A stretch of 63,016 nucleotides of DNA, filler included, from Phoronis australis (GCA_002633005.1; 9 parts of 9 records of this genome joined end to end with filler, not necessarily neighbours in it), one strand, 5' to 3'; counted from the whole stretch's first letter, positions 36,170 to 49,209 are shown. The notes: generated by a model from the letters alone, not told the origin. Made by a program: numbers and translations.

Positions 36170-37400
36170 AATCTGTCAAGGTACTTGAGAGAAACAAAAC
36201 AGAATAAAATGCCACTTGTGGGCACAGCGTCCATTGGATCCACCTAAAAGTTGTCATCGTCTGTTGTTATGTTCATATAAATACACTTACTAAATTTAAT
36301 AAAGATCCTGCAGTGGGTTTAGGAGATGTAGCTATGGGCGCAAAACAAAACTACAACTAGGAGGTGCCACAATAGTCAGTCGCCATCATCAAACGTCCTC
36401 TTCACACTGAGAACATACACGCCAATTTTCACAACCATCCGTAGAATGATTTAGTCGATAGAGGAGTGGACGCCAAAAGATTTGAAAACAGCAAAAATGA
36501 CCACTAGGTGGTGCAAAATACCCCAATTTCAACCAAAAACAGGAGGATAGCATCGTCTCATCAATAGGTGCCTATATTCAAAATTTTATGAAAATCTGTT
36601 GAGGACCTTTGAAGATACAGAGGTAAACGTAAAAAACTAAAATTGCTAGATCCGTGAAAGTGGTCGTCAGTTGTCAACATCATATAAATAAACTTGCTAA
36701 ACTAAGTAGAGATCCTGCAAACGGTTTAGGAGATACAGTCATGAGCGCAATAAACAAAACTGCCACTAGGAGGCGCTACAATAGTTGAAGTTGTCGGAAA
36801 ATCATTGTCAGCCGCTCACTTCATAGTAAAATCATACGTGCCAATTTTAACAATTATCCTGAAAGCGGTTTGGTTGATAGACCGGTGGATGCCAAAAACA
36901 GACTCGAAAACAGTAAAAGTGGCCACTAGGTGGCGCAAAGTAGGTCGAATTCATCTGAAAACAGAGAGCTAGCGTCACCTCATTAACAGATGCCTGTATG
37001 CCAAATTTTATGAAAATACGTTGAGGACCTTTGAAGATACAGAAGCAAACGTAAAAGAATAAAATTGCCACTAGGTGGCACACCAGTAGTTAGATCTGTC
37101 CGAAAGTTGATGTCCTCCATTGCTGACGTCATATAAATACACTTACTAAATTTAGTTAAGATCCTGCGAACGGTTTAGGAGAAACAGCCATAGGCACAAA
37201 AAAACTGCCACTAGGAGGTGCCACAGATGTCAAAGTCGTCGGAATATTATTGTTATCAGTCCACTTCAAAAGTTCGCCCATGCCATCCCATCTACGGAAG
37301 GAACACATTGTGCAAAATTTCATGAACATACGTCAAGGCGTTTTGGAGATAGAGCAGCCGACGCCGGACGCACATATGGAGATGAGATGACTGCACATAA
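36170..37400 (+). repeat. Dispersed repeat built of diverged 410-450-bp tandem units
   Basis: CATATAAATACACTTACTAAATTTA...AGATCCTGC recurs near 36273, 36681 and 37130; repeated GCCACTAGG(T/A)GG motifs; another copy at about 39030-39780. Confidence 0.8.
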
Positions 37401-38042
37401 TAAAGATGTGGACTCATAAAAATTCTATACTTAGTTACCAAGGCTCTGAGATAAACAGACCATCGCATCAAAACTTAGTGTTGCCCTATATCTGGGTCCA
37501 TGCAGAATTGCTTAAACTTTCGCCATGAAACTTGCTTAGTTATTTTTTGTTCGATTTCAAAAACCTTGAAAGTCTTTCTCTCAAACCCGTGTTCTGGCTT
37601 ATAGTTCTTAAACATAAAATTCTGGCTTTTGTCACAAAGTGTGCACTGTTCGTAAGCCTGAAGTGATATTAAACTTGGAGCACTCCTGTGACACATTGTT
37701 GTGCAGTTCTACGTACTATCATTCTGGGTCCTACTCATGGTGATGAGTTTTACCAAGACCAACTGTTTTTGTAATCGCCTCTATTTAATTATTTCAACCT
37801 TAAAAAATTCAGTGTTGTCATCCAGGCGTTTTCTACTCACTGTGACATCTTTCCCTGTAGTCCTGTGCTTGGGCACCAGCTAGTAAATATAAAAGTTATT
37901 AACCTCCAATGTAATTTCCAACTTGATAGCCACTCCGTAGGTTCCAGGACTGTACCAAATAGTATTTTTGACTGTACTACAAGATATGCTGCCTGATAAG
38001 CATGTCTATGAGTGATGTCTCTGTGGAATCAGCCTCATCCAT

Positions 38043-38101
38043 CTGGTTTTGTTTATGCTCTGGTTTTGTTTATGCCCTGGTTTTGTTTATGCTCTGGTTT
38101 C
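38043..38101. repeat. 17-bp minisatellite, about 3.5 copies
   Basis: CTGGTTTTGTTTATGC(T/C) repeated. Confidence 0.9.
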
Positions 38102-39029
38102 AGCTCACCACCTAGCAGATTGAAGTTGCCTGGTGAAGTGGTTGTTATCTAGAGTTGTCACTCATACTGACTTAAAATTTATAAACAGTGACTGCTATTT
38201 TAAGGAAATGTGCAGTTTAAATTTCATTCCCTGGGTCCAACAAGAGGTGCAGTAGTAATGGTTTGTTCAACTGCAGCACTTACATGATAAGTTAAAAGAA
38301 CAAACTTCAAGCTGGAATGGATCAAATTTGTAGACCAATAATTTTACCATTTATAGCTCAAAACATAAAAACAAAACATGTAGGACTCTGCCAGAAAACA
38401 TGAACAAACAATAATGCAAATGGTAATTTTCATTTGGTATTTAGTAAGCAAACATTGGTTCCATTTTCATCAAATTATTGTTGTGAACTCACAGGTTGAA
38501 CTTTCACCTATTCCTTAAATCAATCAAATGTTGTTGGTTTCTGCTTAGGGTTCAACCTAATGGTTGTCTGAATAATTGGAGTTTCCCTGTACTTTAAGGT
38601 TAGCCTTGCATCGAACTCAAGGGCTGGAAATGAACAGAAACTTGATAGCGAAATCTGACTGCTTAATACTGGCCATCCCTAGTTAGGAGGACTGCTTGAT
38701 CAACCTTATATTGCATGAAAGCGTAAATGGAATGCAAAATGTTTCCTAACTTTGGGTTTGTGATTTGAGGTTTTGCAAGGCCTTATCAACAAGTCATTGA
38801 GCGAAATATCTAGAAAACTACACTGCATATCAACTCCATCAAAGCATACACTTTTTGAAAGCAGTATTAGCCTGTTGAATTTGATGTCTTTTTAGTAAAA
38901 GTGATCAAACAGAAGGGTACATTGAGAACAAAACATTGGTATCGATCACTGTCAAATTTATTTTATTATATAAATGTTCAAAACCCTCACAGTCTAAAAC
39001 AACACTTAGTTTTTATGCGCCCACATATT

Positions 39030-39780
39030 TATATAGGTGGCGCAAACTAGGTTGAATCAATCAGAAAATGGTAAGATAACGTCACCTCACAAGTATATGC
39101 TTGTATGCTAAATTGTATGAAACAGAGGCTAGTGTAAAATATAAAATTGCCACTAGGTGGTACACCAGTAGTCAGATCTGTCCGAAAGTCACCGTCGTCC
39201 GTTGTTAACAACACATATAAATAAACTTACTGAATTTAGTAAAGATCCTGTGAACAGTTTAGGAGATACAGTCACAGGCGCAAAAAAAACTGTCGATAGG
39301 AGGCGCCACAACAGTCGAAGTTGGAAAATAGTCAGCTGTTCTCTTCATAACATACATGCCAATTTTCACAAACATACATGCCAATTTTCTCAATCATCCT
39401 TTGAGCGGTTTGGTTGATAGAGTGGTGGACGCCAAAAAACAGACTCGACAACAGAAAAGGGGCCACCGAAAATGGTGGATAGCGTCATCTCACTAATAGG
39501 TGCATTATATACCACATTTTACAAAAATCCGGTGAGGACTTTTGAAGATACAGAGGTAAATGAAAAAACTGAAATTGCCTCTAGGGGACACTGGCTGTCG
39601 TATCTGTCCGAAATTTCGCTGATGCTGTCCCATCAACGGAAGGAATACTCGATAGTGAAAAATTTCATGAAAAGACCTCAAGGAGTTTTGGAAATAGAGC
39701 AGTGGACACCGGACAGATGTACGGAACGAGATGATAGCATAACGTGCTCATATATAAATACGTGGGCACATAACAAGTAA
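39030..39780 (+). repeat. Second copy of the 36170-37400 repeat family
   Basis: Shared blocks AAAATTGCCACTAGGTGG, AGATCTGTCCGAAAGT, CATGCCAATTTT, TTTGAAGATACAGAGGTAAA. Confidence 0.78.
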
Positions 39781-39880
39781 NNNNNNNNNNNNNNNNNNNN
39801 NNNNNNNNNNNNNNNNNNNNNNNNTTAATTAATTAANNNNNNNNNNNNNNNNNNNNNNNNNNNNNNNNNNNNNNNNNNNN
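39781..39880. other. Artificial contig-joining spacer
   Basis: N44-TTAATTAATTAA-N44. Confidence 0.97.
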
Positions 39881-40702
39881 ACCGCAGCTGCTGTGTCACT
39901 TCAAATTGGACGAATGGTATGCAAGGAGTTGGACCTGCCGCCCAGCAGTGTTACGTTCCATACCGATTCTATGGCTGTACTATATTACCTGCATAGTACC
40001 AGTGGGCGATTTTCAGTATTTGTTACTAACCGCATACAGCAAATACACGACTTCAGCGACCCGTCCCAGTGGAAGTACGTTAACAGTGAGAGTAATCCTG
40101 CGGATTGTGCATCTCGTGGACTGGACGCTCAGAAGTTTCTCACTTTCGACGAATGGTTCCTGGGGCCTTCTTTTCTTTGGACACCGGAATGTTCGTTTGT
40201 GCAACCAGTCGAGTTTCCTGCTCCTAATGATCTCTGCAGCGTGGCCGCTGTTCAGTCGAACACAGTGACTGTGACGGAGTTTTCTGATGGTTTTGCAAAA
40301 ATGATATCCCACTACTCGAGTTGGACGGCTCTGAAGAAGGCTGTGGTTGTGTTCCAAAGATTGAAATCGTTGTTGTACCGTCGCATTCTTCAACAAGGTG
40401 TCCATGACAACGGCGACGTTCAGGTATCGTCACCCTTTAGTGTTGAAGAAATGGGTCAAGCAGAGGTTTCTATTTTGAAGTTTACCCAGCGTCAGCATTT
40501 TCACGACGATTTGGATGGCTTGATCCGTGCAGGCGGACGATTGACGAGAGTACGTCGAGAAATAGCTGGCCCATGGGACGAGTCGTGGACGTCTTCAAGG
40601 ATGCCAACGGTCTTGTTTGAAAGCTGCTATTTGAAAACTAGTGCGTCAACCCTCCATCGCCCGGTCAATAAATTGGTTCTGCTCGTTCCTAATGGCACTT
40701 AG
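39881..40702 (+). pseudogene. BEL/Pao pol 3' part (RNase H region and C-terminus) with the integrase deleted
   Basis: FHTDS..VL, FVTNRIQQI, QWKYVNSESNPADCASRG, WFLGPSFL, DGLIRAGGRL, then a jump near 40542 to SRNSWPMGRV...RPVNKLVLL. Confidence 0.9.
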
Positions 40703-40811
40703 TGAATATTTACAATCTTGTCAATAATTTGATTATTGTGTTGATTTGTCACGATTATCTGCAGTGATGTTTGTTAAAGTGAATCTCGATTTACCTCGTT
40801 TCCGGGGGGAG

Positions 40812-41166
40812 TGTTACTGCAGACTGCAATGTTACGTTATGTTACGTTATGTTATTCCGATTGGGCGTACGAATACACTTTTTTCTTGTTTCTTACAATA
40901 CAGTTTATTTGCATTCATTAGTATGTTAGTTTTTCATGTTCTCTCAGGTGTACTTAATGTTTTGAACGCTTGTCATTCATGCATACCCTTTGCCAGTTAT
41001 CATTTTACTTGGGCGTTGTCCTCCTAAATGTTACTGTATATACATGGTAGAGCCCTATGCATCATGTAAGCTTGAACATGGTTTTTTTGGTTCTTTCAGT
41101 TTACCTACTACTGCTACTACGAATACTACTGCTACTACTATTATCACGCCTCCTACTACCGCAACA
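40812..41166 (+). repeat. BEL/Pao LTR (about 355 bp)
   Basis: Follows purine tract GGGGGGAG; TGTT...AACA ends; lies between the pol stop and the next gag. Confidence 0.7.
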
Positions 41167-41352
41167 TATGTCAATAAAGAGTAAAGCCCCCCGAACATGT
41201 TTGTTTTGCTCCAACATTTGTAAAGCCAATGGCCTGCTGTTCCACTGAATGGACTGCGACATGAATGGACTCGATGCGTATGAGTGCTACTGTGAGTCAT
41301 TTCTATAGTGTCTTGTGAAGTTCCAGTAAACTGGCAGTGTTCAACGGTTATC

Positions 41353-42509
41353 ATGACGTCAGTTGCTGAGGGACCAGCTATGAATGACAAGTCGCCGCTA
41401 GGTAGCGATGTTAGTATAGTGACAACATCTTCATGTAAACAAGCGAAGACACGTCAGGCTACGACACAGGCCTCAGTGACTAAACTTACAAACAAGCTTA
41501 AGCATTTAATGAAGAACTCTGATAATCTTCATCTAGTGAAAGACGCTCTTGTAGAACTGGACAGTAACATCAATATTTTTATTGATGCTCATGAACACTA
41601 CTTATCAGTTTTGAAACATGACAGTAGTAAGCAGTTGCTTAAAGAGAAATTCTCGTCGAAGATGGGTGATTTTGATTTGTTTAGACAGAGTGTGTTGTCA
41701 TGGATCGAAGAAACTGAGATTAACTCTCAGGACCNTTATGGAATCCGTGCCTCAGATATCTAAACCTACTAAATCTTCCAGTTATCAGTCAAGTACAAGG
41801 AGTTCCAAGTTATCCCTGTTGAAGGCAAGGGTACAGAGTGCTACTTTAGCAGTTGAGAAAGCATTACTCGAGCAGAGCTTGGCAGAAGAAGAGGCACTGA
41901 AACAAGAACAGCTACAGTACGAACATAAATTGAAAAAACATCAGATGATGTCAGCATTGAACATGAAACTTGCAAAGGCTAAAGCTGAGGAGGACGTTTT
42001 AAACGCAGACGATATGTCCTCGCGTTCAACACCGTCAAAGTCGTCGAAACCCCCTTTGATGACTTCTTCTACCAGCCATGTTCCACTCGTTAAGCCAACT
42101 GTATGTGATGCAATTGCAACTTCCGTCCAGCACAGTTGTTCGATGCCCAACGCACCTCATGCATGTGCACAGATCCCCTGCTCCCAACTGATGTCAGTGA
42201 TGCGCCTACCTCAACTGAAGCCTATCAGGTTTGATGGCGACCCTAAAGCTTATCATACGTTTGTTGTGTCGTTCGATTCGCAGATTGCTTCATTGACGGC
42301 CAATCCCACTGATCGATTGTTCTATCTGCACCAGTTTCTTGGGGTGATGCAAAAGAGCTTATAACTGGATGTCTCTACATGGATAAGGATGAAGGCTACA
42401 AACAAGCGCGTGCTTTGCTAGAGAAAGAGTACGGAAATCCCTACAAAGTTGCGATGTCCTATGTTAATCGTGTAGCATGTTGGCCGACGATCAAACCAGA
42501 CCACTCTAT
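41353..42509 (+). pseudogene. BEL/Pao gag (DUF1759-like), frameshifted and truncated
   Basis: Coiled-coil region, then RLPQLKPIRFDGDPKAYHTF...DRLFYLHQF and, after a frameshift, AKELITGCL...GYKQARALLEKEYGNP. Confidence 0.85.
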
Positions 42510-42510
42510 N

Positions 42511-45500
42511 TATAAATTCTTTTGTGAATGAAAAAGTATTTAAACATTGACAAATGAGGGTTTATGGGTAGATTAAAAGGGAGATTTTTTATTTCTTTAA
42601 TTTCGGCGTCTGTGTAGTAGTTGAGTAAAAACACATAATTATCTGGTTTTACAGAAAACTTGTGAATAAATGTGTTTTTGATCCATGGAGTGGAACTATT
42701 GAAGAATAAAAATCTAATGTTATTACAACTAATAATCCTTCTATCCGACGGACCCAGAACTTTCTTCAAGGTCGTTGTGGTGGAATAAAATGGTATGAAA
42801 GACGTATCCTTTAAATTATAATTTTTCTTAATGCTTTCCCATTTAAGAAGTTTGTTCTGGCTATCTAAAAAATCTTCACAAAATATGAGGCCTGCATTGT
42901 ACAGATCTTGGTAAAATAATGATTTACCGTTAACAGTTAAGTTACAATTGTTCCATGTCACTTGCTTGGCTATTGGTACCTCATTAAATATTTCAGGATT
43001 AAGAATATCTAAGGTTGAGAAAACATCTTTGTAAAAAGGGTTCTTAATTTCGCATTTTAGGGTTTTCAGTTCAAAATTGGATGAAAAAATGAGGACACCG
43101 CCAATACGACTGAAAAGATGCCTCGGGTATATCTTCCAACTTGCCTCATCCTCTGTATTAAAGCGCTTGACCCAATTAAATAATAAGTTAATAACTTGAT
43201 CAGTTCCATGTTAGGATATTTCAAACCACCCTCTTGATATGGTAAAATAGTCACAGTTTCTTTAATTTTTGGTGGTTTATTTAACCAAATAAACTCTCTG
43301 ATAAGTTTATTAACTTCACGAATTCTTTTTTTGGAGATACCCACAGTTGACACTACATGAATGAGTTTCGATAAACCATAAGTTTTCGTAAGGAAGATTC
43401 TGCCTTTTATGGACAAATTTCGTATTTTCCAAATATTAAACAGGTCCTTAAGCTTTTGGATTTTATCATCAAAATTGAGTTTTTCAGCGTCATCCCCTCT
43501 TCCGTCAAAGAATATTCCTAGACTTTTAATGGGCTTTTGGGGCCAGCTGATTCCGTAAAGTGGTTTACGATTTCGGTGCATTGTTCAGGCAAACATCCCT
43601 TGGCATTTTTCATAATTCAAGTGGAGTCCAGATAATGTTCCAAAATAATCTAAAAATCTAAANTTGATCCATGGAGTGGAACTATTGAAGAATAAAAATC
43701 TAATGTTATTACAACTAACAATCCTTCTATCCGACGGACCTAGAACTTTCTTCAAGGTTGTTGTGGTGGAATAAAATGGTATGATAGACGTATCCTTTAA
43801 GTTATAATTTTTCTTAATTCTTTCCCAATTAAGAAGTTTGTTCTGGCTATCTAAAAAATCTTCACAAAATATGAGGCCTGCATTGTACAGATCTTGGTAA
43901 AATAATGATTTACCGTTAACAGTTAGGTTACAATTGTTCCATATCACTTGTTTGGCTATTGGTATTTCATTAAATATTTCAGGATTAAGAATATCTAAGG
44001 TTGAGAGAACATCTTTGTAAAAAGGGTTCTTAATTTCGCATTTTAGGGTTTTCAGTTCAAAATTGGATGAAAAAATGAGGACACCGCCAATACGACTGAA
44101 AACATGCCTCGGGTATATCTTCCAACTTGCCTCATCCTCTGTATTAAAGTGCTTGACCCAATTAAATAATAAGTTTAACTTGATCAGTTCCGTGTTAGGA
44201 TATTTCAAACCACCCTCTTGATATGGTAAAATAGTCACAGTTTCTTTAATTTTTGGTGGTTTATTTAACCAAACAAATTCTCTTATAAGTTTATTAACTT
44301 CACGAATTCTTTTTTGGAGATACCCACAGTTGACACTACATGAATGAGTTTCGATAAACCATAAGTTTTTGTAAGGAAGATTCTGCTTTTTATGGACAAA
44401 TTTCGTATTTTCCAAATATTAAACAGGTCTTTAAGCTTTTGGATTTTATCATCAAAATTGAGTTTTTCAGCGTCATCCCCTCTTCCGCCAAAGAATATTC
44501 CTAGACTTTTAAAGGGCTTTTGGGGTCAGCTGATTCCGCAAAGTGGTTTACGATTTCGGTGCATTGTTGAGGCAAACATCCCTTGGCATCTTTCATAATT
44601 CAAGTGGAGTCCAGATAATGTTCCAAAATAATCTAAAAATCTAAAACAGTTATTTCCAGATTCTAAGTCTTTAATGAAAAGAACTGTATCATCTGCATAC
44701 TGTGCAATTTTGATTTCGTGATTGGCTATTGTGAAGCCTCTAATTAATTCATTGCTTCTGATATGATGTGACATAATTTCCGCACACAGGACGAACAGCG
44801 GACTTGATAGTGGGTCTCCTTGTCGGAGGCCTTTCTCTATGTTAAAATACTGTGATGTAAATCCGTTGTTCATCACACATGACGAAATTCCAGAATACAA
44901 TGTACGGATTCTATTGATAGAAACGTCACCAAAATTAAAAGCTTTTAAGGACTGAAATAAAAACTCCCACTTTACAGTATCGTACGCTTTCTTGAAATCG
45001 AGGAATACAATGTGACCGGGGGTGTGCTTTTCTTTATAAAATTCAATCATATCGTCAATTACACGTATATTCTGGTATATATAACGTTTCGGCAGGGATG
45101 TTTGATCTAGATGAATTAAATTGTCAATATATTTGTATATTTTGTTTGCGATTCTTTTAGTTATTAATTTATAGTCACAGTTCAAAAGAGAGATAGGTCT
45201 CCAATTATCTAAAGATAGTAATTCCTCGGACTTTTTACTTTTCGGGATTAACGTACTGATTACGCCTTGCTATTGAGAACTAGACATGTGACCGATTCCA
45301 AAGCTGTATGTGACGCTCGCCAATAAATCGTCTTTGATTACCTTCCAAAAGGTTTTATAAAATTCATAGCTGATGCCATCATTACCAGGCGTCTTGTTAG
45401 GTTTTGTCTCTAACAGAGATTTATACAATTCTTCTTCTGTTAGTTTTTTTTCTAAACCGTAAGAATCTGCAGGAGATAGCTTTTTATGTATTGGTAAATT

Positions 45501-46250
45501 AAAAAGGTCGATTGGATACGTTCTTTCTACGTTGCATTCTTCAATATCGGAGTAAAGTTTTTTGTAATAATTCACTTGAATATTCCGTATGCGTGCTGCA
45601 TCATGTATAATTTTAGCACCATTTTTAAGGGCGTTAATATGTTTTTGCTTGCTGTGGCGCACCTCTAGGTTTTTGAAATATTTTCCATTCTCGCCTTGTT
45701 CTGCCCATTGTGCTTTACTACGCAGGATCGAGCCCTTAATTTTTTGGGTCTGGATAATTTGCAAATCAATTTTGGCTTTTTGTAAATCTTTTTTTAATTC
45801 CTCTGAAGGGTCGTTTTCCACCTTGGCTGTCAAAGCGTTAATTTTTTCTATTAAAACAATTTCGTCAGAGCGAGTCTTCTTATTCCTCCAAGTGTATTTC
45901 CTCACACCTGGGTTATTTTCACGCCATACGTCGTACAATTTGAAATTAGATTTAAAAAAGTTGATGTTCTGTATTACAGGACTTTTCGTGGAATACACTA
46001 GTTTTCCTTTCTTATNCACGCCATACGTCGTACAACTTGAAATTAGATTTAAAAAAGTTGATGTTCTGTATTACAGGACTTTTCGTGGAATACGCTAGTT
46101 TTCCTTTCTTATCTAAGTCTGTGGGAGCGCAGTTAAAATCACCAGCGCAAAGAATACTTTGGGTGTTTACAATATTATAGAGTTCTAGCTTAATGAAATC
46201 CAGGAATTCGACTTGTTTCCTGGTTTCATTTGGAAAGTACAGATTGATGT
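42511..46250 (-). mobile_element. L1/Tx1-clade non-LTR retrotransposon ORF2 (APE endonuclease, RT, C-terminus), decayed, with duplicated blocks
   Basis: NLYFPN, CAGDFNC, DVWR..NP..YTW (endonuclease); KTPGNDG, DFKKAYD, GLRQGDPLSSPLF, QYADD (RT); IKSLGI, GGLKYP downstream; frameshifts and stops. Confidence 0.93.
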
Positions 46251-46551
46251 GGCGCCCTCTTGTGATTACTCCAGCTGAAGTGGAGTTAACATTCCCACCG
46301 AAGTGGAGTTGTGCAAATCTGCTTTTTCTATAAATTTTGAGAAGAGTTGTGATCAATGGCTTATTAATTATGGGACGCTTCTTCACAGAGCCAATCTTTG
46401 CAAAAAGGAGAGTTGTGGTGTAGGTTGGGATTTGACAAAAGACTATATATAGGGTTCTAGTTTCAAGCACTATATGAAATTGTGTACATCCATACTGTAA
46501 TAAATAGTTGTTTATGAATATGTAAATTTTAAACCAATGTGGAAATGTAGA

Positions 46552-46728
46552 TTGCGTGCCACCTGTTGGCCACATCATGTGACCTAATGGCACATTTCAA
46601 CAATCCGCGTTGCTCTTGTGTAAACACAGTTTGCAGAAAGTCCGGTGTTCAAATCCCAGTTGGGGCAAAAATTTTTTGAGACTTATTTTTCATCAGGTCA
46701 AGTGATGTGACCAACAGGTGGCGTGGAG
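46552..46728. repeat. Small inverted-repeat element with an internal B-box-like motif
   Basis: CCACCTGTTGGCCACATCATGTGACCT versus AGGTCAAGTGATGTGACCAACAGGTGG; GTTCAAATCCC inside. Confidence 0.55.
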
Positions 46729-47316
46729 ACTAGACTCAAAAAATGCTTGCAGCAAATACTTGTTTGTTTATTATCTTAAATAAGTAGTCAACCTTTTGCT
46801 TAAGACTGACATAGTATATTACCCCTTTGTATTCTTGAAAAAGGCAATAACATTTTACTGAGGTTGTGTTTAGAACAAAGACTTTTCTTGGAAAGAAGTG
46901 AAATGAAAAGGGCAATTTAGGGTTGAAATTGGTGCAATTAAAAGTGGATATCTTGTGTTGCTTTTATTGCTTTCAAAGTTGTTATGGTAAGAAATTCAAC
47001 AATCTTTTGAACTTTTCCGTTTCAGGTTGTTATGAAATCGGTGTTCATANGAGCTCGTTTAATTTCAGAATTAATGCCTCGGACATTTATGGACACGCAC
47101 TTAATGTTAACCATTTGGGGTTATACATGGGTTTCGGAGGCATCCCTTAACTAAAGTTACGCTTACTAAGGTTAACATAAGAAGCTTAATTGTAAGTCCA
47201 AAGTTGTCTGATGTTGAATCGATCTCCAAAAAACATACCAATACGCACGGCAACTAGACTTTTACCCTCCTCAGCCATTTCTCCGTAGTTTTGCCTTTTT
47301 GGAAAAGTGTGGAAGT

Positions 47317-49209
47317 CAGGGATTTACCCAGGCTTTTAGTCTTGAAAAATCCTGCTCGCCAGCTGGGCGAGTGCCGGAGCCAGAAAATCTACTCGCCCAA
47401 AGTTCAGTCACCCGGCCGTTGGCGCCAGTCACCACAAACTTGCTAATAGTTTAAATAAAAATCATCGTTTCGTGCACTGATGTCACCATCTGTTAGGGCT
47501 ACCGTATTTGTCCTAATAATTAGCGCCCAGGGGGACGCCTACGGCGGTTAAAACCCGGTCTCCGAAAGGGGTGAAATCGGAAGCTAGGATTCATCAAATT
47601 TACACGCGGTGACGTATCTGTAACCTATGACAGACTTTCTACAAAACTGTGGTGCATTGCTATCAAAGTCTGTTGTTAATCTTTTTTTAAAAAATGTGCT
47701 GAAATCCCAGGGCGAAAACTTGCCGACTGATGCGTCGCTGCTTCGCGATCGTCGATAGGACAACTTAAATTCTTGAGTAAACATAGTTTCGACTCAAATT
47801 ACCTCAAATCCTCCTTAACTTTTCCAAATAGCCTTTCCTAAGATTCTTAAGTTCCTGTGGACTCGGAGTCGGGATTAACCGCAGATTAAGTCAAAATCTG
47901 CGCTAGATCGCACCCGGCAACGAGAAAAAATCTGGACGAACACATCTGTTGTTGTCACGTGACGTTTGTATTGAAGTGAGTCAACAGCCTCCCGTTCAGT
48001 AACCCTAGGACCTAGCTTAAAAGCAAGACTTTGCGAGATTACGTGAGGTATTGCCGTGTATTTTAAATAAGAGCACGTGACCTTGACTAGCTTTTGGCTA
48101 GGTCCTAGCGTAGGTCCTAGCGTCTACTGAACGCACGCCAGGTGTGCACCGAGTGAGCGAGCGCGGGCGTGTCATCAGCGTTCATTTGCCACAGTAGCAG
48201 GCCTAATGAGCTGTATATGTAGTTAATTTATCTCATTGAGCAGGCCCACATGTAGGCCCTAGCGCGCGCTTCTTGGCCAAGTTTCGATTAGCGGTTTTTA
48301 TAATTTTACGTGTACAAAGCAATCTGGATTCATGTTATGGCAGAAAATCTGTACGGGAAAGATACAATACCAATCCCCTTGACCAGTACGCTGCGTCTGT
48401 TCGAAGGGCCAGACCATATAATGTGACACTTTCCTCGCAAGATCAGCAAATCTTTTGCGTTCTCTTTGAAGCACTGCGGAACGGTTTGAAGTGTACAGCC
48501 ACGGCTAAATACCGACATAGCGGCGAGGCTCGTGGTCTGCTAGAAATTCCGCGCACAATGATTTTTCAGGACTGTCGGATATTATTGAAAAATTGAATAC
48601 ATTACTGGAGAATTTTAGAACTGTGAGGCAAGACATATTTCGCACAAATGTATACACATTCATGGCCTGGGCGCTTATTTTAGCAAAGTCTGGAAACGAG
48701 TGGGACGCTTATAGGGGCATGGGCGCTTATTATGATGAATTTTCAAAAAAATAACTTTGGCTAAAATGACATTGTACATTACAAAAAGGAATCAGTTCCA
48801 AAAACATGGTATTTCATTTGCTATGAGCACATGGACCGGTCTTCCACCTTTCTCCCCTTTTCTTCGTTTCGGATTAGTCCACAAATTCTTTGTACAAGAC
48901 CACACAGTGTGATTTTTTGACAAATCGCGTAACGGGTGACATGTACCGAATCAGTAGGGTCGCACTGCGCCGATGTTTTTTACTGCCGGAGCTTCGACAC
49001 GATGACCAAACTGTACCTTAAATTCATGATAAAAACAGCACAAGGAGTAGGAAAATTATTGATATTCATCTGGGAAACGATATATAGTGCTTTTGCGCTT
49101 TAAAATTTGCTCGCCACCTGGGCGACCGGCAAGTCAACTTCTACTCGCCCAGCACCATTTTTACTCGCATTGGCGACTGGGCGAGTGGCTAAGTACATGT
49201 ATATCCATG
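47317..49209. mobile_element. Nested non-autonomous DNA-transposon fragments (hAT-like outer element)
   Basis: CAGGGATTTA start with CTCGCC/GGCGAG subterminal repeats at both ends; inner segments 47620-47960 and 48280-48600 recur inverted at about 58870-59205 and 58100-58330. Confidence 0.55.
47988..48139. mobile_element. Small hairpin MITE
   Basis: CGTTCAGTAACCCTAGGACCTAGC / GCTAGGTCCTAGCG...TACTGAACGCACGCC; the same end motif recurs near 52537. Confidence 0.55.

Noticed and set aside
42511-44645. LINE with a genuinely duplicated C-terminal domain
   Set aside because: The two near-identical 1-kb blocks meet exactly at N43663; most likely two alleles or copies stitched together
45589-46098. 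169-aa plus-strand ORF
   Set aside because: Antisense shadow of LINE ORF2
46600-46670. tRNA gene
   Set aside because: Only a T-arm/B-box-like GTTCAAATCCC is visible; I could not build a cloverleaf or find an A-box
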